A DNA stretch of 64,000 bases from an uncultured bacterium (GCA_963702025.1 OY969699.1:832001-896000), one strand, 5' to 3'; positions 29,145 through 38,530 are shown, numbered from the stretch's first letter. The notes: generated by a model from the sequence alone, not told the origin. Numbers and translations: made by a program.

Positions 29145-30472
29145 CAATACTCCGGACAGTTTTAACATCTAATCATCCCGAATTTAATTGCACTTTTTAA
29201 CCCTGGATCGAATTTTATTAAATTCGGGTCCAATCCTAACTTTGAAATAATCTGTTTTGTGAGCATTTCATTGTAGTTTTTGCGCTTATGACTTGCCATG
29301 GAAAAAGGAACTTTTTCCGGCAAGCTTTTCTTGGCTTCAACCTCCTGAACCTTGGCTATTGTAAGAGCGGAAAAAGAGGCATTAAAGTGATGATTGAGCT
29401 TTTCTTTGCTGCGCGCTTGAGATTCGGTAAGTCCTGTAAATTGTTTCGCATCACGAAAAACAAACTCAATTTGAAAACGTGCCTTGTAAAAGTCATAAAT
29501 ATCACGCGCGCTTAACGAAAAATCTGTTGAAAAAAGAAGACAAATAGATTCTTTGTTTTTAACACATACAACTCGAACCGTTCGCTTAAGACTTATGCTG
29601 TAATAATCAGCAAAATACAATGAAATGTGTTCATCAATTTTATCTGAAAAATTAAAATTGCTGAGATCTTTTACATCAACTTTCTTTCCGTACTTTCTTG
29701 GCCTTCCGCGACCTCTATTTTGCTCAAAAACTAAATATCGTAAATTAGCATCAGATCGCAATCGACTTATTACATGATAATTATCAGATCTCATCGCCGA
29801 TACAAATTGTTCTTTTGCAAAATAAGCATCACAAACTAAAAACTTTATATCAAATTTTTCTTTGATTTTGGGAAGCTGCCCTTGAAGGCTATGAATATAA
29901 AAATTGATTCGAGTTGCATCAGATTTGCCAATTATTTGAACAATTTCATCTTTTGGTGGTGTTTGCTGAACAGAAAGCGGATATCCAATATTTTCGTCAA
30001 CATCGATTAATGCTAGCCCGCTTGCCTCTAATCCTTTTTCAGATTTGCTTTGTGAACCATTCCAGAATGATTCTCTACCGTAAGTTTTTTTGCCTGATTT
30101 TTCTATGAAAAATGGATCAAATGCCAAGATCAGTCGCTTTTCTTGAATGATTATTCTTTTCACCGCAATGAGGTTGAATTGAAGATAATCAAAGCATTTA
30201 GCAAAGTTTCGAGAAAAAGTTTTTTCGCTCATATCAGCATATCTAGCCATGTTGGCAAAATTTACGCGACCAGCCATCGAAAGTATCGTGCTCATCAGGT
30301 CATTTACAAACTTTTTTTGAGGTTTCGAAATTTTTGTCATTTTTTCCAAAATTTCCTGTATAATTTTCATTGCCGCATTTCCCTTTTTTGAGGAAGTTTG
30401 ATTGACTCCCACTAATTATGGATATGCGGCCTAAACTTTCAAGTCACTTTCAAAAAACTGTCCGAACTATTG
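29145..30472 (-). mobile_element. insertion sequence (IS4/IS701-like DDE), 1328 bp
   Basis: TIRs caatactccggacagttt / aaactgtccgaactattg (16/18); 7-bp TSD acaggag at 29138..29144 and 30473..30479. Confidence 0.92.
29162..30370 (-). CDS. DDE transposase
   Basis: LAFDPFFIEKSGKKT, VCDAYF, ISRLRSDA, GRGRPRKYG, YKARFQIEFVFRDAKQFTGL. Confidence 0.9.
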   Translation of the reverse strand: MKIIQEILEKMTKISKPQKKFVNDLMSTILSMAGRVNFANMARYADMSEKTFSRNFAKCFDYLQFNLIAVKRIIIQEKRLILAFDPFFIEKSGKKTYGRESFWNGSQSKSEKGLEASGLALIDVDENIGYPLSVQQTPPKDEIVQIIGKSDATRINFYIHSLQGQLPKIKEKFDIKFLVCDAYFAKEQFVSAMRSDNYHVISRLRSDANLRYLVFEQNRGRGRPRKYGKKVDVKDLSNFNFSDKIDEHISLYFADYYSISLKRTVRVVCVKNKESICLLFSTDFSLSARDIYDFYKARFQIEFVFRDAKQFTGLTESQARSKEKLNHHFNASFSALTIAKVQEVEAKKSLPEKVPFSMASHKRKNYNEMLTKQIISKLGLDPNLIKFDPGLKSAIKFGMIRC

Positions 30473-30510
30473 ACAGGAGAATTTATCCGAAAACTATTAT
30501 AAGGACCCTT

Positions 30511-30810
30511 ATGTCACCCCAAATAAATCCTGATGACAAAAAAGAAGTTATTCATGCAGTGGAATACCATTATCCCGATGCAAAAATAATTCTGTTTGGA
30601 TCACGTGCCCATGGAAAAGCAAAAGAGGGTTCCGATATTGATATTGCAATTGATATCGGCGAACCTATCCCGTTGCATGAAATGTCGCGTATACGAACTA
30701 CAATGGAAAACTTAACAATACCATTAATGGTGGATGTCGTTGATATGCAACGCATACCCGAAGAATTCAAGCAGATAATTTTGAAACATGGTATTGTATG
30801 GAAAAATTAA
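30511..30810 (+). CDS. minimal nucleotidyltransferase (MNT/MntA-type antitoxin)
   Basis: ILFGSRAHG...SDIDIAID, VDVVD; AAGGA RBS before ATG 30511 (the longer ORF-track start lies inside the IS). Confidence 0.88.
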   Translation: MSPQINPDDKKEVIHAVEYHYPDAKIILFGSRAHGKAKEGSDIDIAIDIGEPIPLHEMSRIRTTMENLTIPLMVDVVDMQRIPEEFKQIILKHGIVWKN

Positions 30811-31268
30811 AAATATCACTCCATTCTCTCAATAAAGCATTAAAAACCTTAGATTCTTCGCTTATCACATTACAAAAAGCAAAAGATTTAAAAATTGAAG
30901 AATTTATCTTGGCAAGTCAAGATTCAGTTATTCAAAGGTTCGAATATTGCTATGAAGGATTTTGGAAATTTTTAAAACAATATTTAGAAAAAACACACAA
31001 CATAGAAACTGAAGAAATAAAAAGTCCCAAAAAAGTTTTTCGCTACGGTGTTAAAATAAGAATTTGCTCTGAACAAGAAGGGAAAATACTTATCCAAATG
31101 TCAAATTCTCGTAATGCAACTTCTCACACCTATAGCCTCGAAGAAGTGCATGCAATCTTACCCAATATTCCTCTCTATCACGAATGCATGTTAAAGATAC
31201 GTGATCGTATTATAACAGCCATTAGGCACACCCAGACATGTGATGAAATTCATAACTTATTAAACTAG
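30798..31268 (+). CDS. HEPN-domain protein (HI0074-like, HepT-type toxin)
   Basis: IQRFEYCYE..WK, SPKKVFR, intact RX4HXY motif RNATSHTY; overlaps the MNT gene. Confidence 0.86.
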   Translation: MEKLKISLHSLNKALKTLDSSLITLQKAKDLKIEEFILASQDSVIQRFEYCYEGFWKFLKQYLEKTHNIETEEIKSPKKVFRYGVKIRICSEQEGKILIQMSNSRNATSHTYSLEEVHAILPNIPLYHECMLKIRDRIITAIRHTQTCDEIHNLLN

Positions 31269-31519
31269 AGCTGTTGCATCGGATCCATTAATCGATTGGG
31301 TAATTTTTTTATATTACTCACCAAGTGATTTTTTTCAAAATAGCGCATCAAATCCAAAAATTCCTGTTCTCGTGCCGGCGTCACATAAAATTCAAAAAGA
31401 TTTGTATGCGAATCAAGGGTGCGGTCAAAGGCGAGATGTTCATAACTTTTTAAAATGGCAACCACATACCAACAAAATGTTTTATCAACATACGAATGAT
31501 AGTAAGGACAATAATTCAT
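31265..31519 (-). CDS. small hypothetical protein (DUF4911-like)
   Basis: ILKSYEHLAFDRTLD...FEFYVTP pattern. Confidence 0.55.
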   Translation of the reverse strand: MNYCPYYHSYVDKTFCWYVVAILKSYEHLAFDRTLDSHTNLFEFYVTPAREQEFLDLMRYFEKNHLVSNIKKLPNRLMDPMQQL

Positions 31520-31607
31520 ATAAAGCTCATTTTTGGGATTTGACGAGTTCTGCGCAAAGGTGCTATACCTATCAACATAATGATATCAAAATTAAAAGGA
31601 TAGAGAA

Positions 31608-33158
31608 ATGTCGGTAGTAAAAAAGCAACACGTGGTCATCATTATACTTAATATCCTTGCCGGTATATGCTCCAATACGCTGTATGCTCAATGGCCAACC
31701 AATACCCGCAATGATCCATTTAAAGTTTTTAGTGCTGTCCAACCCCATTACTTCTTAGAAGAGCGAGAAAAACAACTGCTCTTTGGCATGGCAGATGAAA
31801 AAGGGTCGCCTGAACGGGTTATGATCGCCCTTTCGCCCTTCGGTCAAAATGCGGATACCGCTAAAACGTTGGCCGGGCATTATACATCGATTGGCACCCT
31901 AGGTGTGCCAAACATACAAAATCCCGTCGCCAATGCTACCCTGGGATGCAATCAAGTTTATTGTAGCATAGTTCCTCCCACGCCTAACTGTAATCTCTGT
32001 ATCAACTCAATACCCATTGGCGATATTGATGGCCGCTGGAACTTATTGGGACTGTTGGCAGGCAGATTACCGCAAGGCGCCAACTTTCCGCCACTGTTAA
32101 TGAAAGCACTCACTGATATTTTCCCCGGCATACCCCCGGGCGATGTAACCACCCAAATGATTCAAATTTATCAAAATAACGGAAGAGATTTCAATAATTG
32201 TTATCCAACCTTTGGCTATGTTTCAGTACCTCTCAAATACCGCAAAAAAGGTATTCGCTGGAACGTGGAGGCAATTATTTGTGGTGATTTTGGTTTGCAA
32301 TTTGAAGGCGGCATTGTAGAAATTAGCCAGGTGCTTAACCCGTGCTTTATTAATTTAACCAATCTTTTTGAAATCACGCAAGCAACTCCATGCACTGGAG
32401 AAACAATTGACGCTAAGCTCATTGACTGTGATCTTTTTGATCCGCTCATTCCGCTTGCCCGAGAGCTTGGCATGAATTTGTGCAACTTTACCAAATGGGG
32501 ATTTGAGGATCTTTATTTCTCTCTCTATTGGCGACATGCGCATGTGGTCAATTTTAATCGCGATTTAAGCTGGGCACGATTATTGGTAATACCATTTATT
32601 CGTATCGGTGGTGGCGCAGCAACGGGCCACGCAAAAGAATATTCAGAAATTTTTAGTCTTCCCTTTGGCAACAACGGCAGCAACAGCATCAATCTAAATG
32701 CGGGTATGAATTTTGACTTTGTCGAAACGGTAGAAATCGGCGCGGAGATTGGGTATTCTCACTTTCTAAAAAAAGATTTTACCAATTATCGATTGCCAAC
32801 CAACTCGTTGCAAAGTGGCATCTATCCCTTTGCCGCTGATGTATGCCTAAAGCCGGGCGACACTGCCTATGTGGCAGGCAAGTTAGCCGCCTACCACTTC
32901 TTGGATCGATTATCATTTTATTTCCAATGGGTCTATGTGCATCACCGCAAAGATCATATCGAGCTGGTTGTGAATGATCCAGCGTTTGATGTTACCAAAT
33001 GTCCTAACACAGCATTCCGGGTGCAACTGGGCAATTTTGGATTTAATTATGATATATCACCCAATTTTAGTCTTGGGTTCTTATGGCAACAGATGTTCCA
33101 TGTACGCAATGCGTATAATAGCACCACGGCTATGTTTACGTTGAACATGATATTTTAG
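31608..33158 (+). CDS. Cys-rich probable outer-membrane beta-barrel protein
   Basis: Signal peptide, alternating beta-strand pattern in the C-half, terminal Phe (FTLNMIF). Confidence 0.65.
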   Translation: MSVVKKQHVVIIILNILAGICSNTLYAQWPTNTRNDPFKVFSAVQPHYFLEEREKQLLFGMADEKGSPERVMIALSPFGQNADTAKTLAGHYTSIGTLGVPNIQNPVANATLGCNQVYCSIVPPTPNCNLCINSIPIGDIDGRWNLLGLLAGRLPQGANFPPLLMKALTDIFPGIPPGDVTTQMIQIYQNNGRDFNNCYPTFGYVSVPLKYRKKGIRWNVEAIICGDFGLQFEGGIVEISQVLNPCFINLTNLFEITQATPCTGETIDAKLIDCDLFDPLIPLARELGMNLCNFTKWGFEDLYFSLYWRHAHVVNFNRDLSWARLLVIPFIRIGGGAATGHAKEYSEIFSLPFGNNGSNSINLNAGMNFDFVETVEIGAEIGYSHFLKKDFTNYRLPTNSLQSGIYPFAADVCLKPGDTAYVAGKLAAYHFLDRLSFYFQWVYVHHRKDHIELVVNDPAFDVTKCPNTAFRVQLGNFGFNYDISPNFSLGFLWQQMFHVRNAYNSTTAMFTLNMIF

Positions 33159-33376
33159 CGCCAATTCGAGCTAAGAATTGTAAAAGTTAATCATAAACCC
33201 GCTCGTGGTGAGTGCAGCCGCAGGCTGCGTATCGAACCATGCGGGTTTAATAAATATTCATCAGTATCTTTTGTGATTTTTTAGGCCGCATGGTTCGATA
33301 CGCTCGCTATGCTCGCACTCACCACGAGCGGCCTTTTCAATTTGTATCATTAGTTTTTTAGCTCAAGTTCGCACTA
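33156..33376. mobile_element. MITE-like element, subfamily A
   Basis: Ends tagcgccaattcgagctaagaa / tttttagctcaagttcgcacta; interior inverted pair ccgctcgtggtgag..gtatcgaaccatgcgg / ccgcatggttcgatac..ctcaccacgagcgg. Confidence 0.8.
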
Positions 33377-34429
33377 AGAATTGTGCACAGAATTTTTTAA
33401 AATATTGTGCACCGATTTTCCTATAATGCCGGCACTCTTTTTGGTATAACCACCAGAAAGCACCATAACAATCGGAATATTTCTTTCACGCGCATACTGG
33501 AACACTAGCTCATCGCGTTTGATAATGCCATTCTCAGAAATACGCATAAGGCCCAACTGATCTTCTTCAAAAACATCAGTTCCCGCATTGTAAATAATAA
33601 GATTCGGCCGAACCTGATCTAGTGCTGCGGGCAAAGTTGATGAGAGTAATTCAAGATAGGCATCATCCTCAATTCCCGTGTATACCGGATGATTAAAATT
33701 AATTCGCTTACGCGCTTCAATATCACGCGGATAGATATCTTTGTTATAGATATCATAAATAGCAACGCGCGGTTCATCTTTAAGGCACGATTCATGCCCG
33801 TTACCTTGATGCGCATCCAAATCAACAATCATAATCGTATGATCAGGATGTTGCTCAAGAATTTTTACTGCAGCCAGTGGGATGTCGGCATAAACACAAA
33901 AACCACCGCCCGAATCGCGTTTGGCATGGTGATAACCGCCTGAAAGGTTTATTGCCCAACCATCTTTAAGTGCAAGCTGTGCCCCAAGCACCGTGCCACC
34001 GGTTCCTAATTTCATGGCATGCAATAAATAGGAGCGGAGCAAAAAATTGGGCACCGAGGACAAAAAGCCAATTTCCGTAATTTGCGCAATGGTTGAAGAA
34101 TCGGATAGTGAATCCAAATAGCGTTGCGTGTGAACTTTTAATAATTCTTGATCACTAGTTAGATCAGGCGTATAAAAACTATTTTTAGTTAATCCTGCAT
34201 GCGAAATTAAATAGTCATGCACTTTGCCATATTTGCAGGAATCAAAAGGATGCAGCTTTTCCAATCCCATTAATGAAATGTCGTAATCTTTGTGAAAAAT
34301 AATAGGCAGCTTCTTTTGGTTCGTTTCTACCGGCGCTTTGCCAAATTTAATTTTTTTTGCTGGGCCACCATTGGTGTTAAATGCAAAGGCTAGCAGTGTC
34401 AGCGCTACAACAACTCGTGATATTTTCAT
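33374..34429 (-). CDS. histone deacetylase family protein (class IV/HDAC11-like) with signal peptide
   Basis: GLEKLHPFD, GGYHHA, GGGFC, DLDAHQGNG, YNAGTD, SGGY all intact. Confidence 0.92.
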   Translation of the reverse strand: MKISRVVVALTLLAFAFNTNGGPAKKIKFGKAPVETNQKKLPIIFHKDYDISLMGLEKLHPFDSCKYGKVHDYLISHAGLTKNSFYTPDLTSDQELLKVHTQRYLDSLSDSSTIAQITEIGFLSSVPNFLLRSYLLHAMKLGTGGTVLGAQLALKDGWAINLSGGYHHAKRDSGGGFCVYADIPLAAVKILEQHPDHTIMIVDLDAHQGNGHESCLKDEPRVAIYDIYNKDIYPRDIEARKRINFNHPVYTGIEDDAYLELLSSTLPAALDQVRPNLIIYNAGTDVFEEDQLGLMRISENGIIKRDELVFQYARERNIPIVMVLSGGYTKKSAGIIGKSVHNILKNSVHNS

Positions 34430-34504
34430 GATATAACCTTCATTTATTAGGATTAAAAATTAAACTACGTGTAAATTTAAAAATCTACCTTATGATCACA
34501 CATA

Positions 34505-34582
34505 GTGAGTGCTGCGCGAAGCGCAGTGTATCGAACCATATTCTGATATCCTTCGATACGCCCTTTCGGGCTACTCAGGATG
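34505..34582. repeat. REP-like palindrome pair
   Basis: gtgagtgctgcgcgaagcgcagtgtatcgaacca ... ccttcgatacgccctttcgggctactcagga. Confidence 0.7.
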
Positions 34583-34716
34583 TGTAAGTAATTTCACAAT
34601 TTTTATTGTACCAAATAACCCGATTTTCTCAACTGTATAAATTATTTTCAATTTGAAAACAACCAGTGGAATTTTGTGTTACAATGATTGTGTAAAGTAA
34701 TTCTTAATACGATTCT

Positions 34717-35037
34717 TTATTTCTTGTTCATAATTCTGTCTAAAACCAATTTATTTAAGCTTATTCCATGCAATGCAGCTTCTTGTGCAAGTTCCGAATG
34801 CGTTTTTTTATCAAGTCTGATGCGAATGTTACCTGAAAATTCCTTTTCCGGTTTTACACCCCGCTCTTTGCACCATTCCAAATATACATCAACTGATGTG
34901 TGGAATTCTTTCTCAATGTCTTTGGCATTATTAGCCTGAAAGGTAATTACCGCCCGTAACCCAATGACTTCACCATGAAGAATTTTAGCCTCTTCATCAT
35001 ACGTAACAACGCCATAGTAACCTTTATATTTCATCAT
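34717..35037 (-). CDS. hicB: HicB family antitoxin
   Basis: MKYKGYYG..YDEEAKILHGEVIG..ITFQ...SVDVYL..C...PEKEFSGNIRIRL...SLN. Confidence 0.92.
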   Translation of the reverse strand: MMKYKGYYGVVTYDEEAKILHGEVIGLRAVITFQANNAKDIEKEFHTSVDVYLEWCKERGVKPEKEFSGNIRIRLDKKTHSELAQEAALHGISLNKLVLDRIMNKK

Positions 35038-35288
35038 GATCTATCCCTGCATTTATTAGGAACTTACGTACTGATACAACAGCTCCTTTGTCAGTCTCTT
35101 TTCTTGGATGTGGCCGATGGAAAACAGATTCTTCGCCATTTAATTCAATTCGCACCCGAGATCCGCGAGCTTCAGAGACATCTGCCCCTAAATGTACAAA
35201 TAACTTCTTCTATATCGTCCCATTTGATATTTGATTGAACGGGAGTTTTAAAAATCTGAGCCAAGATTTTACGATGCTTACTTTTCAT
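35024..35288 (-). pseudogene. hicA: HicA toxin with a 1-nt frameshift
   Basis: Frame 1 MKSKHRKILAQIFKTPVQSNIKWDDIE, then the +1 frame continues KLFVHLGADVSEARGSRVRIELNGEESVFHRPHPRKETDKGAVVSVRKFL; shift near 35205..35210. Confidence 0.88.
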
Positions 35289-35316
35289 CTTAAGTTCCCC
35301 ACTAGCTTTACAATAT

Positions 35317-35335
35317 GGTGCCACAAGATGGCATC
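35317..35335. promoter_or_regulatory. candidate HicB operator palindrome
   Basis: ggtgcca-caaga-tggcatc, about 30 bp upstream of the hicA ATG. Confidence 0.45.
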
Positions 35336-35482
35336 CAGGGTCAAGCTCTGTGGAAATAATAATGGTGCTCACTAAAACCTTAGACTGCTATTGCTGCTGG
35401 ACAGTATTAATAATTTTGCTTAAAATACAAAGAGTAATGACTTTTTTAATAACCCCCAATCAAGAAAGGCCTGCGAACATAT

Positions 35483-35692
35483 ATGTCACGTAAATCGAAT
35501 ATTTCAGTCTATGTCAGTTCAAATGTTGAACGCGCCCTCAAACAACTTAAGAAAAAGATCGAACGCGAAGGCGTGGTACGTGATATGAAACGTACTGTCT
35601 ACTTTGAATCCCCAACGCAAAAACGTCGTAAACGTCTGGTTCGTGCCATCAAGCAAAATCTGCTTCGTATGATCACTAATCGTCCTCAGTAG
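35483..35692 (+). CDS. rpsU: 30S ribosomal protein S21
   Basis: VERALKQLKKKIEREGVVRDMKR..YFESPTQKRRKR. Confidence 0.9.
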   Translation: MSRKSNISVYVSSNVERALKQLKKKIEREGVVRDMKRTVYFESPTQKRRKRLVRAIKQNLLRMITNRPQ

Positions 35693-35699
35693 TTTTTCC

Positions 35700-36071
35700 A
35701 TGAGCAGCGTATCATCCATTAAAAAATCACAAAAAGAGACCCAACTCTATCGGGCAATTTCGGAGCTTTTTACCCAAACTGCGCTTGACGATCCTCGCTT
35801 GCAAGGGATTGCAGTGAATCGCGTTAAGCTCTCTGATGATAAAAGCATCTGCAATATCTTCTTTTATTGTGCGAATGGGTTAGCTGAATTTAAAGAAAAA
35901 CTTCCCTTTATTTTGCTTTATAAATCATCGCTGCGGCGCGCTTTGGCAAAAACTATTGCAGCGCGCTACACCCCTGAACTCATATTTAAATTTGATGACC
36001 AGTTTGAAAAACAGCAACGCATTGAGAATCTCTTAGAAAAAATCAAAGGAGATGACTCATCAACCTCATGA
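35700..36071 (+). CDS. rbfA: ribosome-binding factor A
   Basis: DDPRL..I.VNRVKLSDD, RYTPELIFKFD, RIENLL. Confidence 0.88.
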   Translation: MSSVSSIKKSQKETQLYRAISELFTQTALDDPRLQGIAVNRVKLSDDKSICNIFFYCANGLAEFKEKLPFILLYKSSLRRALAKTIAARYTPELIFKFDDQFEKQQRIENLLEKIKGDDSSTS

Positions 36072-36808
36072 TGATTCCCCTGTTTCTTGCCTGGGGCTCT
36101 TTTTTAAACGTTGTTGGCTATCGGCTTTTACGGGGACAAAGTATTATTGTTCCTCGTTCTTATTGCCCTCATTGCCGGCGCACCATTGCCTGGTATGATA
36201 ATATTCCTATTATTTCTTTCTTGGTGCTTGGCGGCAAATGCCGCTGGTGCTCACAACGCATATCGCTCTTATATCCCTTTATTGAACTTCTCACGGCAGC
36301 AGTGATGCTCGCACTTATATATTGCACCTCATCAGAGTATTGGTTTGCCTATTTTCTTTTTTTCTCAGCTTTGATTGTCACCATCAGGACAGATTTTGAA
36401 CAGATGCTCATCTCTCGGTATGTCACTCTGTTTTTGGTCCCGGCAGGTTGGCTCTTGGCAGCATTGGGCTATTTGCCAATCCCAGTAAAGCAAAGCTTTT
36501 ATGGCAGCGTTCTTGGTTATGCGATTTTATTTACTATTGCCAAACTCTTTGTATGGATCCGCCAAAAAGATGGCATGGGGCAAGGTGATCTGGAGTTACT
36601 CTCTTTTATTGGTGCATTTCTTGGTCCCTGGGGTTGTTGGATAACCCTCTTTCTGGCCTCAACGTTGGGCTCAATTTTTGGTATTGCCACCATGATCATG
36701 TCGGGGCAAACAAACAGCGTTAAAGTGCCTTTTGGGCCATTTTTGGCTTTTGGCGGGATGCTCTTTGTGCTCTTTCATCACTTCTTTGTTAACTTTCTTA
36801 ATTTGTAA
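36068..36808 (+). CDS. pilD: prepilin peptidase (A24)
   Basis: GSFLNVV, RSYCPHC, GKCRWC, YPFIE, RTD, GMGQGD, PFGPFL. Confidence 0.92.
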   Translation: MMIPLFLAWGSFLNVVGYRLLRGQSIIVPRSYCPHCRRTIAWYDNIPIISFLVLGGKCRWCSQRISLLYPFIELLTAAVMLALIYCTSSEYWFAYFLFFSALIVTIRTDFEQMLISRYVTLFLVPAGWLLAALGYLPIPVKQSFYGSVLGYAILFTIAKLFVWIRQKDGMGQGDLELLSFIGAFLGPWGCWITLFLASTLGSIFGIATMIMSGQTNSVKVPFGPFLAFGGMLFVLFHHFFVNFLNL

Positions 36809-36968
36809 AAAATCCTCTTTTTCCCTGCAATGTTTTCAAATAGAAAACTTTTGGCAAAATCGCCGTACGTGCTTTCTATCTTCATTGAATTAAGCAGTTG
36901 CAAATTTATTTCTATTTGGTATTATTAGAGTAGATGGAAAAAATTATATCCAAAAAATGTGAGGTTTT

Positions 36969-37358
36969 ATGAACTATATCAATCAATTAATCTTCTGCAT
37001 GAGTGCCTGCGCGCTTATTATGCCAACAGCGGATCTTAAGGGCATGGAAAGAGTAACAAACTACCTGCATGGAACAAACGCTTCTCAAGCAGAAATTGCG
37101 AATGCTCAAACATGCCCGATTTGCATGGCAAATTTAGCTGATGGAAATGCATTACGCACATTGCGTTGCAATCCAAATGGCGTGCCGCATATATTTCATA
37201 GAACATGCATCAATGCGTGGCTCCTTTCAAGACAAAATACAAATCAGAGTGTTAATTGCCCATTGTGTCAAACTCCTGCCGCTCCGGACTTTTCACAAAT
37301 AGAAAGAGCAATAGCGCACCTACAAAACCAAATACAAAACATGGACATATCAACATAA
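36969..37358 (+). CDS. secreted RING-H2 finger protein
   Basis: Signal peptide followed by MER; CPIC-x15-C...HIFHRTC...W...CPLC. Confidence 0.82.
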   Translation: MNYINQLIFCMSACALIMPTADLKGMERVTNYLHGTNASQAEIANAQTCPICMANLADGNALRTLRCNPNGVPHIFHRTCINAWLLSRQNTNQSVNCPLCQTPAAPDFSQIERAIAHLQNQIQNMDIST

Positions 37359-37617
37359 CCCCTTTAATATCAATAATCGCAAATATTTCCTTTTTGCATC
37401 ATTTACTTCCTTGTTGGTTCTTATGGAAACAAAACTTCTTGAAAAATATCTGGGTAAAAAGCCTATCTTCTTTAATACAATAACAGCGAAGTATATGGCT
37501 GCATATTTTACGGCATGGTACTTAGCATTTAAATATGGTTCAACAGGGAGACCTGTTGTAGATATATCTCTTGTGGCTATCTTAGGAATTTTGCAAAGTT
37601 TTACGCCCCACCAATAA
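37359..37617 (+). pseudogene. probable frameshifted hydrophobic C-terminus of the RING gene
   Basis: The +1 frame is open from ~37315 through 37617 and encodes three hydrophobic segments with no clear RBS or start. Confidence 0.45.
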
Positions 37618-37668
37618 CAACCTATCATCTTGCAGTGATGGGCGGAGCTCTAAATTTTTAAGCATTTT

Positions 37669-38145
37669 TTATGCCAAATCATCTTGCACCACGGTAATGT
37701 TGTTGTTCTGATCAACCGATAAAACATCCGGCTCGCCATCACCATCAATATCTGCCACCGCGATTGCCAGAAATCCTTTTTCATTCGCATAACCACTGCC
37801 TAAATGGCTGCTGGAAGTTCCCAACTTACCGGTAAAATGATTTTGCCCTTCGGATCCACCAAAGCCATAGGTGTAATAGAATTTCTCACCCGCACCGCCG
37901 CCCGCATATCCTTCGGGTTGCCAGCCGATACCACCAACGCCACTCAGTTGCGTGGAATATTTGCCATGCTCGGCCCAGTATGCTTTTTGCGCTGCATAGA
38001 GCGAACTCAGTTGCATATATGCTTCGGCCCGCTTGGCTTTTGCCAAATATTTGGTGTAACTAGGGACTGCTATCATTGCAAGAAATGCTATAATGGCCAC
38101 TACGATCATTAGCTCTATTAACGAAAAGCCGGATTTTTTAACCAT
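37669..38145 (-). CDS. type IV pilin
   Basis: Class III signal G|FSLIELMIVVAIIAFLAMIAVP; KAKRAEA; C-terminal DIDGDGEPD. Confidence 0.92.
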   Translation of the reverse strand: MVKKSGFSLIELMIVVAIIAFLAMIAVPSYTKYLAKAKRAEAYMQLSSLYAAQKAYWAEHGKYSTQLSGVGGIGWQPEGYAGGGAGEKFYYTYGFGGSEGQNHFTGKLGTSSSHLGSGYANEKGFLAIAVADIDGDGEPDVLSVDQNNNITVVQDDLA

Positions 38146-38257
38146 CGTTTTACCCTCTTAAATAGCTTTTTATGGTTGATTAGCTCTATCTTACGAGAAA
38201 AGCCTTGACCAAAGTCAAGCATGTATGAAAAGATAGGCACTAAAAGAAAGGAATTCT

Positions 38258-38530
38258 ATGACGATACAAAAAACAGCCGCATATGCCATTATCATAAGCA
38301 GCATACTCACGATGCAAGCGCCAGTAGTGGCATCATCAAAAGAAATGCGCGCCCAAGGGCTAACCTATTTGGGGCTTATCCTTGGCCTTGGTGGCACCCA
38401 TCAGTTGGTTAAACGATCAGAGAAAAGCTCCTATATTTTTAGTGACATATCAAGCGGCGTAGGCCTGCTGGCTACCGGCTTTGCATTGATCGTGCTTTCA
38501 GCTGAAATCATCCAATGGCTTGACAGATAA
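38258..38530 (+). CDS. small membrane hypothetical protein
   Basis: AAGGA RBS, signal peptide plus 2 TM. Confidence 0.6.
   Translation: MTIQKTAAYAIIISSILTMQAPVVASSKEMRAQGLTYLGLILGLGGTHQLVKRSEKSSYIFSDISSGVGLLATGFALIVLSAEIIQWLDR

Noticed and set aside
30418..30510. N-terminal extension of the MNT protein in the ORF track
   Set aside because: It starts inside the IS; the RBS-supported start is 30511.
37350..37628. Minus-strand 92-aa ORF
   Set aside because: No RBS or motif; the plus-strand frame continuing the RING gene explains the region better.
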